In this document: positions 53,001 to 62,303 of the stretch, piece by piece
Layout: the number at the start of each line of letters is the position of its first letter
Numbering within the stretch: position 1 is the stretch's first letter
Assembly (NCBI GenBank): GCA_964016885.1
Contig: OZ024742.1
Span: 262,756,001 to 262,820,000 of the forward strand
Direction: 5' to 3'
Length of the DNA: 64,000 nt
Source of the DNA: Eledone cirrhosa
Taxonomy: Eukaryota
Position numbers and translations under genes: made by a program
The notes under the pieces: generated by a model
What the model was told of the DNA's origin: nothing
The model's database searches: none
The model's input: the letters and a program-made list of their open reading frames with translations, nothing else

Positions 53001-56000
53001 CCCAAATTTTACCAAATCATCCTAAGCTTACCTAGATCTTTTTCTTCCATAATTTCCATCAATTTTGAGCACCCAGCACTCCTTTATGCAGTTGTGATCC
53101 TCCATACACATCACATGTTCATACCACCACAGTCTCCTCTCCCACACACTACATCTGACACTTCATGTCCAGTTTCTCTAATAGTTCATTGATGCTTCAT
53201 TTTTCATGTACACTATTATTACACATCCATCAGAGCATGCATGCTTCATTTCTTTTCAATCTTTGTAGGTTCTCTGCACACAAAACCCTAGTTTCACTCC
53301 CATGCTGTATCGCTTTTCACACACAAGTATCATACAATTTGCCATCCACTTTCAAGGGAAAATCCTTTGTAGCCCACAGTGGTAGAAGCTTCCAGAACTG
53401 TTTTCACCTTGTTCTCATTCTGGCTACTGTACTTTCAGTATATCCACCTTCACTGCTAATTTGGTTACCCAGGTAATAAAAACTGTCAACTACTTTTTAG
53501 GAGGCCTCTGAGCATTTGATAGAGCTCTGCTGCTGTGCTCCTGCTACATAGAAAGTTACATTCTTGGTAGCCTGTTTGGAATTCTGTTGCATATCTTCTG
53601 AACACAGTTTATATTTGGTACATAGAATGGAATTTCTACCTACTCCTTTCATGCATACTGAGCAAGACCATTTTTCTGATGAAATTAGGATCCTGTTTTC
53701 TTTTCCAGTTACTAAGACTTTAATGCCTTTTAATTCCAGATTTTGCCTCCAAGTCTGGAATTTCTTCTCTAATCCTACTGCAAATTTAGCTATGAGAACT
53801 AGATCGTCAGTATATAGGAGCTCCCATGGGCAACCAGTTTTAAATTCCTCAGTTATGGCCTGGAGAACAATAATATAGAGGAGAGGACAGGAGCCCTGGT
53901 GGACCCCCACCTGCATACTAAATTATTCACTATACTCATTGTTAACTCTACTTTTGATGATTGCACTTCGGTACATGGCTTGTACTGCCCTCAAAAGCCA
54001 CACATCTCCCCCTAGTTTTCTAAGAGTCCACCAAATTATGGAATGGAAGATTCTGTCAAATGCTTTCTCCAGGTCAATGAATGCTAGGTAGTGGGGCTTA
54101 CTCTTAGCTAGATACTTCAGCAACTGTCTTATAGTGAAGAGCGCATCTGCAGTACCATTACCAGGCACAAAGCCAAACTGCATCTCGCCTACATCGACTT
54201 GATCCCTAATCAGTTATGTTACAACTCTTTCAGTAACTTTCATGACCTGGTTCATCAATTTGATGCTTCTATAATTTCCTCTGTCAAGTACATCCCCTTT
54301 TTCTCTTGTAACAGTTGACTATGATACTGCTCTGCCAGTCATTAGGTACAACACAATTCTGGATTACCTGGTTTACTATATGTGCAATTAGCCTGTCACC
54401 TACTATAACAGATCTGCTTCCCTCCTAGTTAAGTTACCCTGGCACCCAGCTTCTCTTCTGGCTTCTCATTATTGTTCCCAGCTATCCACATTTTGCAAAT
54501 AATTCTATGTCTTTTATCTTAGTCTTGTCTACTATTCTAGCACTATGTCACATTTCATCTTCCACGGGGCTGTAATTTATGCACTTTTCTTCTTTTTCTC
54601 ACATCATCATCATCATCATCATCATCGTTTAACGTCCATCTTCCACGCTAGCATGGGTTTGGACGGGAATTTTCCCACTTGAGGCAAGATGGTTGTCTTG
54701 CTCGTATAGGATTGTCTGGCGGGTTTTCTACGGCTGGATGCCCTTCCTAACACCAACCACGTTTACAGTGTGGACTGGGAGTTTTTACCGTGTAACCTAC
54801 ACGGCCACATTACAGCGTGGACTGTGTGCTTTTTTGTCGTGACACCTACACAACCTCATTTATTTCGGACTGGATGTTGTGGTACCAACATAACTTTACA
54901 TCGAAAGGGGGTGGTGTGGATGGGGTGGGGGTAGTGGGACGGGGGGTGTATTTTGGTAAGAGGTGCCTACTGACTGTAGGTTTCGCCTTGCACTTAGGCA
55001 AGGCGGGTCTTCTGTATTACAGCGTAGCGCCAAAGATCTCAGTCCAGTGACATTGTCTTGGAGAGGTGTAAGTGTGTGAGGTCGGAATTTATCAAGTCGT
55101 CCCAGGTTTTTCTGGGTCTGCCTACTCCGTGGCTACCGTCTATTTTGATCGCCCTGCACTTTTTTATACAGTTGTCGTCTTTCATGCACATCACGTGACC
55201 ATACCAACGTAGTCTTCCCTCGAGTAAACAACATCTGATCCGTCTTATTCCTAATTTCTCACTTAATTCATTTATACTTTGCCGTTCACATATATTCTAT
55301 TACACATCCAACGGAGCATGCAAGCTTCGTTCCTCTCCAGTCTGCGTAGATCCTCTGCACACAATGCCCAAGTCTCACTGCCATGTAACATTGCTGTTCG
55401 TATGCAGGCATCATACAGCCTGCCTTTCATTTTTCGAGAGAAACCTTTAGCGGCCAATAGTGGTATAAGCTCTCTGAACTTTTTCCATCCCGTTCTGACT
55501 CTAGCTACTGTACTTTCAGAGCACCCTCCAACACAGCTGATTTTGTCACCCAGGTAACGGAAGGTGTCCACTATTTCTATAGAACCATCTGTGCAATGGA
55601 ATGGTCTAGTATTCTGTGGGCACTTGCTGCTACTTATTGCACCTGAGCACCAGCCACATATAAAATCTATATTCTTAGTTAGCTTACCTGTGATCCCACT
55701 ACATCTTTTATGCACCCATACTTTGCATTTGGGAAATAAAATGGAGTTTCTGCCTACTCCTTTCCTACACACTGAGCATGGCCATTTCCCAGATGGGACC
55801 AGAGCCCTATTTTCCTTCCTACATACTAGAACTTTAGTCTTAGACAGGTTAATTTTAAGGCGTTTTGATTCTAGGCCATGCTTCCATGTTTGGAATTTCT
55901 TCTCTAGTTCAGCCATTGATTCAGCTATGAGCGTTAGATCATCTGCGTATAGAAGTTCCCATGGGCAGCCGGTCTTGAACTCCTCTTTTATAGCCTGAAG

Positions 56001-59000
56001 GGCAATAATAAATAGGAGGGGGCTATGGACGGAGCCCTGATGAACACCAACTTTTACGCTAAACTCTTCACTATATTTGTTGTTAATTCTAACCTTGCTG
56101 ACTGTTTCTTTATACATGGCTTGTATAGCTCTCACAAGCCATTCATCAACACCTAGTTTTCTAAGGGCCCACCAGATAATCGAGCGGGGTACTCTGTCAA
56201 AGGCTTTCTCCAAGTCAACAAAAGCTAAGTATAGGGGTTTACTTTTAGCTAGGTACTTTTGTAGTTGTCGTACAATGAAAAGAGCGTCTGTGGTACTTTT
56301 GCCTGACACAAACCCGAACTGCATTTCATCCAGATAAATTCGCTCTCTGATTAGTTGCGCTATTACTTTTTCCGTGACCTTCATGACCTGGTCGATTAAT
56401 TTCATGCCTCTATAGTTACTCCTGTAGCGGTTGTCTCCCTTGTTTGGATTAACGTCTGGACGGGAAGTGGGGCCCTTTCTGTAACTTCCGGTCAGAGCCC
56501 TATAAAACTAACAACTTTAAGCTCTCTTTCTCTCATTGCCTTTTCGGCACCAGGTCAAGAGCCTCTCATTTGGCTCTGCCATTCATTTGGCCAACAGGCG
56601 CCTGGCCTTAGCCAGGCGTCCTCTGCCAGCCGCGTTTGCCTGGCAATCAAAACGGTAACTACTAACTTTGCTTCATTCTATCAACCTCATCTTTGACATG
56701 TCAACTATACTATCTACCATTGTTAATTAAATATTATACACACAAACATTGTATTCCTTGTTACATTCATACAACCCAGTATCTTCGCTATATTGGTAAC
56801 CCTAACGTGATACGAACACGCAGCCATTCATCGCTATAAGTGGTCACCCCAAAAAAAGAAAAAAATAGCACATCTGGTTTCGTATGAGTAACATTACGAA
56901 TACACAGTAAATTTATCGACAAACTATGAAAATACTCAGTAAAAGAAACAAACGCACACGCGTACATGTGGAATTCGCGTTCAGACAGACTTTTTTCTCT
57001 CACGCATCAACTGTCGCATTTCACGATATATATATATGTTTCTCGTTTCTTACAACGAACTCTTTCAAAACAACAAAAAAAAAAAAGAAATTTGATATTC
57101 TTTAAAAAACATTTCAACAGGAACATTTATTTTCGATGAACCATTGCCTTTTTGTTCATCGTTTTCTTCATCGTTCAAGTTTTTTTTTTTTCCCAAAGTT
57201 CACACCAATAATTATGCTGAGTGAAGCCTTTCTTTTTCATCATTGTCACTTTCAAAATTGCACTATCATTTTCTCGCGCGTTAGAAATATTATTTTTTTC
57301 AACCTTGTATTGGCACGTGTAGGCAGCACAAATTCTCGATTCACAGAGATGTCTCTACTCACAGACATAGCCGCACGCTAGAGATAACATTTCTCGCCAA
57401 GGATTCTTCAGCCTTAAGCTATATTCTTCTATTTGCCGGTTTATAAATTTACAATGTAAATTTACCGTTGATAACCGCGCATTTATTAGGAATGCTTATT
57501 TCTCTGGTCGCTGGCCTCTTGACCCTTCCAGGTCAATGCATTCTCAACATCGACCATCAACTTTGGCTGCTATTTCTAGCACTTTGCGCAACTCATTTTT
57601 TCTAAAAAAAAAAAAAGTTTTTTTTTTTTTTTTTTACTGTGAATTTAAACACCGAATACGCTCACTCAGCGAGACAACAGCAGCAGCAGCAATACATCAA
57701 CACAGCTTCACCAACAACCAGCAGAACGCCAGAGAATTTATTTTTGCAACACTCTCCCTGTGAGAAAATCCATTCGGAGGTTGGAAATTTCACGATATAC
57801 CACAGAACAGAAACCACCTGCATTCATTCTCTGGAACACACTTTCTTTCCTGCTGTCATGTGATTGCACACCTGTGAACTATATTTTGTACATTTGAACT
57901 TTGAGCTCTTCTATTACTTTTACTTTATTACATTGTATCTTTGGGTGATGGATAGATGGATGTCCAGTCGTTCTCTGGCCAAGAGCGGTTGACTACCTTG
58001 ATATCTATCATTGATTTTTGCAAACATTCTTTTGTCGTAATTTTCATGCCTGTTACAACATTCTCGCCAACTTGCTACATATTTTCATTTCGATTTTTAT
58101 AAACTAAAATTCTGGCGGGAGGTTATGTAGCGGTTGTCTCCCTTGTTTGGATTAACGTCTGGACGGGAAGTGGAGCCCTTTCTGTAACTTCCGGTCAGAG
58201 CCCTATAAAACTAACAACTTTAAGCTCTCTTTCTCTCATTGCCTTTTCGGCACCAGGTCAAGAGCCTCTCATTTGGCTCTGCCATTCATTTGGCCAACAG
58301 GCGCCTGGCCTTAGCCAGGCGTCCTCTGCCAGCCGCGTTTGCCTGGCAATCAAAACGGTAACTACTAACTTTGCTTCATTCTAACATCTATTCCTTTGAC
58401 ATGTCAACTATACTATCTACCATTGTTAATTAAATATATATCTACACCAACAATGTATTCCTTGTTACATTCATACAACCCAGTATTCTCGCTATACTCC
58501 TATCTAGAGCATCTCCTTTACCCTTGTAGCAGTTAATGATGATGCTGCTACGCCAGTCTTTCGGTACGACCCCATTCTGTATGACTTGGTTTACTATCCG
58601 GGTGAACATAGTGTGTCCCACCGTTTAAGATGCTTTCAGCATTTCAGCAACTATTTCCGAAGGCCCAGCCGCCTTGCCCGTCTTCATATCTTTGATTGCC
58701 TTACTTATTATACTACCTTCAACTTGCACTGCTGGTCCCTCTATTGGATCGATGTGGGGGAGACTGTCTTTCTCCCATTTATTCTCCTCATTTAGTAGCC
58801 TTTCGTAGTGACACTGCCAAGCTACCTTCTTATCAGCGTCAGTGATGGCAAGTACACCATCATCATTAAGGACACACTTCTCCCCGACAATATCACGGTT
58901 TTCCTTGACACATTGCCTAGCAATCCTGAACACCTCACGTTTTTGGTCCTTGCGTTGTAGAACATGCTTGAACTTTCTTTCCTCTGCTTCCCTTCTTGCG

Positions 59001-62000
59001 AAGTACACTTGTCTCCTAGCTTCCCTCCTGGCCACTTGATAGTCTTCTCTACTTCCCCCATCCCGCCATACTTTCCAAGCCTGCTTTTTGGCCTTGATTG
59101 ACTCCTCCACCTTACTGTTCCACCACCAAGTTACTCTCCTCCTGTCTATAGGTCTGCTCCAGCCACAAATTTCATCTGTTGCCTTCAGCAGGTTAGCTTT
59201 CAGGAATTCCCACTGTTCCTCTATATTGTACGACTCTAATTGCTCTTCCTTACTGTCAAAAGCATCAAGTAATATGCTTTTAAATTTATTACTGGCTGTG
59301 GGGTCCTTTAACTTCCATATTTTTCTCCTGAGGATAGTCCTCCTCTGTTGTCGAGTACGTCTTGTCCTGACTATGAGGTCGCTAATTATGAGTCTATGTT
59401 GGGAGGTGCATTCTTCATGGGGGAGGGATTTAGTGTTTACAACAGACACTCTGTCACGTCTTCTGGTAAGGATATAATCTGTCTGACTGGCGTGTTCCCC
59501 TGATCTATAGGGGATCAAGTGATTGTGTCGTTTTTTGAAGTTAGTGTTACAGATAGTTAGGTCATTTGCGTCACAGAATTCCAGGATTCTGGAGCCTTCC
59601 TCATTTCTAGTACCAAAACTATAGCCTCCATGGATTCCGTCATAGCCATCACAATGTTGTCCAACGTGACCATTTAGGTCGCTAGCAATAATTATGTAGT
59701 CACTGTCGGTTATTTGGGAGGTAGTGAGCATTAACAACTCATAGAATCTGTCTTTTATAATGCCAGGCAGTCCGGATTGGGGTGCGTACGCAGATATTAT
59801 TGTCACAGTAGTTCTATTTAGGACAAGTCTTATTTTAATTATTCTGTCGTTCACTCTATTTACGTCTATTATCTTATCTACCCATTTTTCTGCTAGCATG
59901 ATTCCTACTCCACCCAGCCCATTGTCATTTCCCACCCAGAAAAGCTTATAGCATCGCTTTTTACCCACAATGAATCTAGCAGACCCACCCCTCCACCTGG
60001 TCTCTTGGATACAGCAAACATCGACCTCCCTACGATCAAGCATTTCTACAACCTCGACCTTTTAAGGTGCCTACATTCATGGTACCAACTCTGAAGTTTG
60101 GGATTGCGTTTGGTGGGTGGGAACGGTGGGGTGCAGGGAGGGGTGAGGGAGATGGGGTTATGTTGGCCTTTCGCGGCCAAAATAAAGAGGAGGAGTCCTT
60201 GCATTTTCGTCCGGCAGCATGAGGTGAATTTGTCTTTATCTTTGGCATTGTCACTGAGTGTCCAGATTTTTCAGACTCTCCAGAATTCCGTAGTCCATCC
60301 ATCATATCGAAAGGCAACCAGGTCTAAACTTAAGAAGTGATAGCATAGGCCGCTGACTTATGATTGGTCCAAGTAATAATGGTGGCTAGTGGGGTGGGTG
60401 GGAGTGGTATGGGGTAGTTAGTGAGAAGGTTTAAATAAAATCCTCGAATTTTGGGCAAAATTGAACAAGCATATAACAGTAATAAGAGAAGAATTATGGG
60501 ATTTTAAAATACAAGAAGATTATCTTGAACAATCAGACAGAATTATAGAATAGATTGGATTCTGGACGATGATACGGATAGATGAATGGACCGGGGGAAG
60601 ATGTGTGTGTGTGTATATATATATACACACACATATATAAACATTTTAAGGCTGTTTTTCCCTGTTAAAACAAGCATTAGACTTGCAGGCTCCACAACAG
60701 GTGTCATACTCATCATAGGGTCCTTTTTGAGGCAATGTTTTATAACCAGATATCCTTGTTGACACCAACCCTTTAAGTTACTTCTTACAACACTTACAAC
60801 ACACAGAGGTACTGAGTACCTATTTTAAACCAGACACACACACAATCATATATCTATAATATTAAGGTCAGGAGAGAGAGCTCCTACTCAGCAGATTCCC
60901 ACATGGTAGGTATGGGGAATGGCTTCTAGATATAAGGGCTAGCACTAAATAGGGAAATAAGCCATCTTCAACCAAACATAGACTGCTCTAAGACAAGGCA
61001 CATCATCCAGCAACCACCCAGCCTCGGACTACAGGTGAAGCCAAGGGAAGCAGTATGGTAGATATGCAATCTCAATGACAGAGTCATCCACTGATTCACA
61101 AGATGCTAAACAGAGGAACCGCTCTAAGGTCAATGGCCAAAAGCACCAAATTCCTAAAGTGTACTACTGTTAACATCTATAGGCCTAGTGACAATAGATG
61201 TTATAAAGTTCTCAAATGCTCCAGTTTAGAGTTACTGCCCCCATAGATGTTTTCGAGGACCACATCTTGCTCATACATTCCAGTTTTAGCATGGTTTCTA
61301 TCACTGGATGCCCTTCCTAACACCAATGACTTTACAGAGTGTATTTTATTGTGGCACCAACACTGGAGAGTTCACCTTATTCCAAAGCAATTGTGATTCA
61401 GAGTGAAAATCGAAAGCAAGTGGTAGTTAAGATGAACAGAAATATGTGAAAGGAGGGGTAGTGGGAAGTAACAGTGCAGTAGACAGGGCAGTAGATAGAG
61501 GGGGGGGGGGGGGCATATTGGGTGCCTCGTGTTGGTAGATGGGTCATCTCCAGTACCACATCTCCTCAATCATCATGGTCCTTTATCATCCCATGTCTTC
61601 TTAGGTTTACCCCTTCAATAGATTCCAACTACATTGAGTACCATGTACTTCTTCATACACCTGTCATATTCCATGTGCATCACATCCTATACCAGCACAT
61701 ATTACATATTCCACTTATATCCAGTTTTTGTCTCAGCTTATTATATTTTGTCCTTCATGCAGACTAACATTACATATCCACAATTTCTTTCTAGTCTTCA
61801 CAAGTCTTCTGTATTCAAGGCCAGCATCTTGTTGCCATGCAGTATTGCAGTTTGCACACACGCATCATGCTGTCTACCCTTCGTGCTGAGAGAGACGGCT
61901 TTTATTACCAGCAGAGATAAGTCCATTCTTGGCACATGATTTATAATGTAAGCACAAAACTAGAAATTTGGGTGTGGAGTACAATAGATTAAAACGCTCA

Positions 62001-62303
62001 ACTAGTACTTATTTTATTTACTCTGGAAAAATAAAAGTCTAAATTAGCATTGGTGAAAATTGAAGACAGAATGTAAGAAGACATTACCCTCACAATGTTA
62101 CAACCCCTCTAATTTATGCAAGTATGGAAAATAGATGTTAAGTGGTGGTGGTGGAATCGGTGGTGATGATAATGATGATGACGATGATGATGACAATGAT
62201 GATGATGATTATGATACCAAAACAAATGTCTTACTTCATATATGATACTTTCCTCCAGAAGACTTTGAAAGGCCTTGTCCACAGCATGTTTTTGCATAAA
62301 TGA
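11381..62303 (-). CDS. MIS18BP1: Mis18-binding protein 1 (M18BP1/KNL2)-like spliced gene, 12 exons in window, 5' end probably outside
   Basis: Exons 62303-62235, 50468-49429, 40117-39984, 39389-39302, 38329-38271, 37825-37731, 36369-35519, 25037-24883, 22753-22647, 21561-21380, 12920-12845 and 11551-11381 all have AG/GT boundaries and matching phases; they sum to 3027 nt with no internal stop. SANTA domain, SANT/Myb domain and C-terminal LLYFSDSDFN* match the M18BP1 architecture. Confidence 0.88.
12365..12520. repeat. Degenerate tandem repeat, about 4 units of 38-42 bp
   Basis: Repeated ttcact.a.gatgaaaata....caccagaca motif. Confidence 0.55.
12845..12920 (-). CDS. MIS18BP1: MIS18BP1-like penultimate exon (DNATHCIKKFKRNQMKGAGRLKAFN)
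   Basis: Long T tract plus TTTAG acceptor; AAT|GTTAGT donor; phases fit. Confidence 0.78.
13415..16005 (-). mobile_element. RTE LINE 3' end with an internally amplified minisatellite
   Basis: (CAT)n tail and 3' UTR at 13415-13566; the UTR and ORF2 end resume at 15796-16005, colinear with copies at 17693 and 54602. Confidence 0.85.
13567..15795. repeat. 49-bp minisatellite, about 45 units
   Basis: Consensus CCACTTTACAGTGTGGACTGGGAGCCTTTTTACCGTGTCTCTTACACAA with a few recurring variants. Confidence 0.97.
16282..17587 (+). mobile_element. Mariner (DD34D) transposon, full length, inactive
   Basis: TIRs CGAGGTTTGTCC... / ...GGACAAACCTTA with TA flanks; frameshifted transposase MQENIERYAIKF, ITGDESWV, LAPCDFYLFPKLK; 1306 bp. 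Confidence 0.9.
17693..18587 (-). mobile_element. RTE LINE 3' portion
   Basis: (CAT)n tail, 3' UTR, ORF2 end (GRPRKTW, MLHGS). Confidence 0.88.
18588..20300 (-). mobile_element. RTE LINE, 5'-truncated, abutting the previous copy
   Basis: RT motifs FVDLEKAFDRVP, GVHQGSVLS, LYTDD; frameshifts; lacks the terminal tail. Confidence 0.9.
21380..21561 (-). CDS. MIS18BP1: MIS18BP1-like exon with TP (CDK-type) sites
   Basis: NLNFNPEDKLEDIFGDLCALTPRP...LLTPVSERHTPTS; TTTTCAG acceptor, TG|GTAGGC donor. Confidence 0.78.
22647..22753 (-). CDS. MIS18BP1: MIS18BP1-like exon (KSAGKSPKLKVDTNELQHNFDDELFESENVKKSSN)
   Basis: TTTGCAG acceptor, AAT|GTAATT donor; phases fit; acidic DD-x-x-F motif. Confidence 0.78.
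23230..24472 (+). mobile_element. Old CR1/L2-group LINE RT fragment
   Basis: INSGMPQYLVLIPTLLYINNLL...NADDTTL (degenerate GVPQGS.L.P.LF.IYINDL...ADD). Confidence 0.6.
24474..24790 (-). mobile_element. RTE LINE internal fragment
   Basis: Reverse complement matches the RTE RT-end and Cys-rich region. Confidence 0.75.
24883..25037 (-). CDS. MIS18BP1: MIS18BP1-like exon, SANT/Myb domain
   Basis: LPPADPKFWSKVAKKVGKSTAECRAQY matches the M18BP1 SANT pattern FW..VA..VG.RS..EC...Y; acceptor GTCAG, donor A|GTAATT. Confidence 0.9.
25205..26888 (+). mobile_element. RTE LINE, 5'-truncated, degraded
   Basis: QFGF, DFKKAFDRVP, LLYADDL; 3' UTR and (GAT)n tail. Confidence 0.88.
27080..27610 (-). mobile_element. 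CRE-clade-like non-LTR element 3' end
   Basis: FQPVAFEMYGGVG...SGDAHEGAWLFQCLSLAITRGNVASVL matches the F.P.A.E..G..G ... QR.S.A..RGN C-terminus of CRE-type RLE proteins; the UTR boundary is uncertain. Confidence 0.65.
27830..28566 (+). mobile_element. RTE LINE RT fragment
   Basis: ORF 28005-28592 with GVHQGSVLSP and YTDD; truncated at both ends. Confidence 0.88.
28660..28725 (+). ncRNA. Type-I hammerhead ribozyme motif, partly decayed
   Basis: Stem I TATTTTAT/ATAAAATA; CTGATGA; stem II AAG.GC-ACCA/TGGT-GCCCTT; GAAA-T-ATGT-ATA. Confidence 0.65.
29008..30607 (-). mobile_element. Tx1-clade LINE, 5'-truncated, young
   Basis: ORFs 30025-30606 and 29248-29973 (GAKLNRDKS, GGLG.P, CPRC..DEETVAHAFIHC); 12-bp TSD GCTTAATAGATA at 28996-29007 and 30608-30619; CpG-rich. 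Confidence 0.9.
30701..30816 (+). ncRNA. Minimal type-I hammerhead ribozyme with intact core
   Basis: TTATCT-CTGATGA-GTTGAC-[73 nt]-GTCAAC-GAAAC-GTAC-GTA-AGATAA: perfect stems I and II, all core nucleotides present, palindromic stem-III loop. Confidence 0.85.
30822..32210 (+). mobile_element. Degraded Penelope-like element with an inverted 5' segment
   Basis: Plus-strand RT motifs IRLLCPSKSD..KLSKKILDK, FIQFDINTYYTSI, FDITMGSSDSA, GGLY*DDA; the N-terminal part (KRIRWLAF...YAFKT) lies on the minus strand at 30822-31330. Confidence 0.75.
32224..34730 (-). mobile_element. RTE LINE, 5'-truncated, with an open 667-aa RT ORF (32623-34626)
   Basis: NYRGI, QFGF, DLEKAFD, QGSVLSP, YADD, GRPRKTW; (CAT)n tail. 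Confidence 0.95.
35519..36369 (-). CDS. MIS18BP1: MIS18BP1-like large basic exon ending in SANT helix 1
   Basis: ORF 35515-36330; ends IWTTAEIECMKR (SANT W-T-x2-E motif); donor AG|GTAAAA. Confidence 0.85.
37731..37825 (-). CDS. MIS18BP1: MIS18BP1-like exon (SNNLKSTENATTTAEMTSTFHNNVPSEKSLQ)
   Basis: TTTCAG acceptor, CAG|GTAAGC donor, open frame, phases fit. Confidence 0.75.
38271..38329 (-). CDS. MIS18BP1: MIS18BP1-like small exon (KIPEKRSKLDEERRIHPVN)
   Basis: T-rich tract plus CTAG acceptor, G|GTGTGT donor; supplies the phase 2 to phase 1 change needed between its neighbours. Confidence 0.7.
39302..39389 (-). CDS. MIS18BP1: MIS18BP1-like exon, SANTA C-terminal part
   Basis: GYTEEVLKKFHTGIPPNY corresponds to the SANTA GY...KF..GFP.NW motif; acceptor CCCAG, donor AG|GTAGAT. 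Confidence 0.88.
39984..40117 (-). CDS. MIS18BP1: MIS18BP1-like exon, SANTA core
   Basis: DTYWRSTPIVRRINNCVVETMSGTTCIISG matches the SANTA pattern W-x-S-x2-I-x2-R...T-x-SG-x2-Y-x-L-x-G; phase 2 to phase 1. Confidence 0.9.
40359..41988 (+). mobile_element. RTE LINE, 5'-truncated, internal deletions
   Basis: ORFs 40463, 40614 and 41120 are near-identical to the other copies; (GAT)n tail. Confidence 0.92.
42028..42229 (-). mobile_element. tRNA-SINE with 15-bp target-site duplication
   Basis: SINE body; ACACTGAATTAATAA at 42013-42027 and 42230-42244. Confidence 0.75.
42648..43492. mobile_element. pogo/Tc2-like non-autonomous DNA transposon (845 bp)
   Basis: TA-flanked 22-bp TIRs CCATATATACTCAAATATAAGC / GCTTATATTCGAGTTTATATGG (2 mismatches); internal ~127-bp tandem duplication; no ORF. 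Confidence 0.8.
44433..44560 (+). mobile_element. Possible mariner-type terminal fragment
   Basis: TATGAGGGTAGGCTGAAAAGTT resembles mariner TIR starts; no partner TIR seen. Confidence 0.35.
44617..44738 (+). mobile_element. tRNA-SINE partial
   Basis: ctgagttcaaatcctgccgagg...agtagaaacaattatt. Confidence 0.75.
45091..46750 (+). mobile_element. RTE LINE, older, 5'-truncated
   Basis: ORF 45106-45534 (DLEKAFDRVP), ORF2 end, 3' UTR, (GAT)n tail. Confidence 0.88.
46807..47024 (-). mobile_element. Tandem pair of SINE 3' halves
   Basis: ttggaaaataattgtttcta...gatgaaa.gcaaag repeated with a period of about 116 bp. Confidence 0.7.
49429..50468 (-). CDS. MIS18BP1: MIS18BP1-like large K/S-rich exon ending at the start of the SANTA domain
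   Basis: Open 1040-nt frame (ORF 49413-50348); ends YLDKWIIYHDEKEVFLKGHV; acceptor TATAG|GGT, donor AA|GTATGT. Confidence 0.85.
50888..51655 (+). mobile_element. RTE LINE 3' end
   Basis: RRLHWYRHVMHM...GRPRKTW; UTR with three ~48-bp subrepeats. Confidence 0.85.
51840..52075. repeat. Degenerate ~48-bp tandem repeat (about 5 units) in an RTE-related tail
   Basis: Units actgggtgcttttt.gtcatggcaccagcacaaccaccttacag are homologous to the 49-bp minisatellite unit. Confidence 0.7.
52190..52975 (-). mobile_element. RTE LINE of a second family (Expander/Rex3-like), 3' fragment
   Basis: LTYAHESWVMT, EMGFLRRV, LQVEPLLLRIER, RPRGRP..KW; no Cys-rich insert. Confidence 0.75.
53005..54410 (-). mobile_element. 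Old RTE LINE fragment
   Basis: QFGFVPG, FIDLEKAFDR, GCPWELLYTDD. Confidence 0.82.
56423..56792 (+). repeat. 5' LTR
   Basis: Direct repeat of 58126-58496; TATAAAA at 56501; ATTAAA near 56726. Confidence 0.92.
56794..56811 (+). promoter_or_regulatory. Primer-binding site, tRNA-Trp-like
   Basis: TGGTAACCCTAACGTGAT versus the tRNA-Trp complement TGGTGACCCCGACGTGAT (15/18), 1 nt after the LTR. Confidence 0.75.
58126..58496 (+). repeat. 3' LTR preceded by a short polypurine tract
   Basis: GGCGGGAGG at 58114-58122, then TTA and TGTAGCGG. Confidence 0.92.
61565..61915 (-). mobile_element. Very old RTE ORF2 3' fragment
   Basis: Reverse complement resembles KGR.YDACV.TA.LHG...W and GKP.KTW. Confidence 0.6.
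62235..62303 (-). CDS. MIS18BP1: MIS18BP1-like candidate upstream exon (SFMQKHAVDKAFQSLLEESIIYE)
   Basis: Polypyrimidine tract plus TGTAG acceptor; GAA|GTAAGA phase-0 donor fits the phase-0 acceptor at 50468. No diagnostic motif. Confidence 0.55.

Larger units (their letters stand above)
56423..58496 (+). mobile_element. Non-autonomous LTR retrotransposon (2074 bp)
   Basis: LTRs 56423-56792 and 58126-58496 (TGTAGCG...CGCTATA), TSD CTCC at 56419-56422 and 58497-58500, PBS and PPT present, no convincing internal ORF. Confidence 0.92.
54602..60600 (-). mobile_element. Near-full-length RTE LINE (APE, RT, PHD-like finger) interrupted by an LTR element
   Basis: VGTMNVGTL, CIQETRW, SAYAPQ, DLNGHVG, QTDYIL, SQHRL endonuclease motifs; RT with YADD; (CAT)n tail; a few frameshifts (about 60045, 58622, 55295); about 3.9 kb after removing the insert. 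Confidence 0.95.

Noticed and set aside
57136-57863. Coding potential in the LTR element interior
   Set aside because: Short low-complexity ORFs broken by homopolymers; no gag, protease, RT or integrase motifs.
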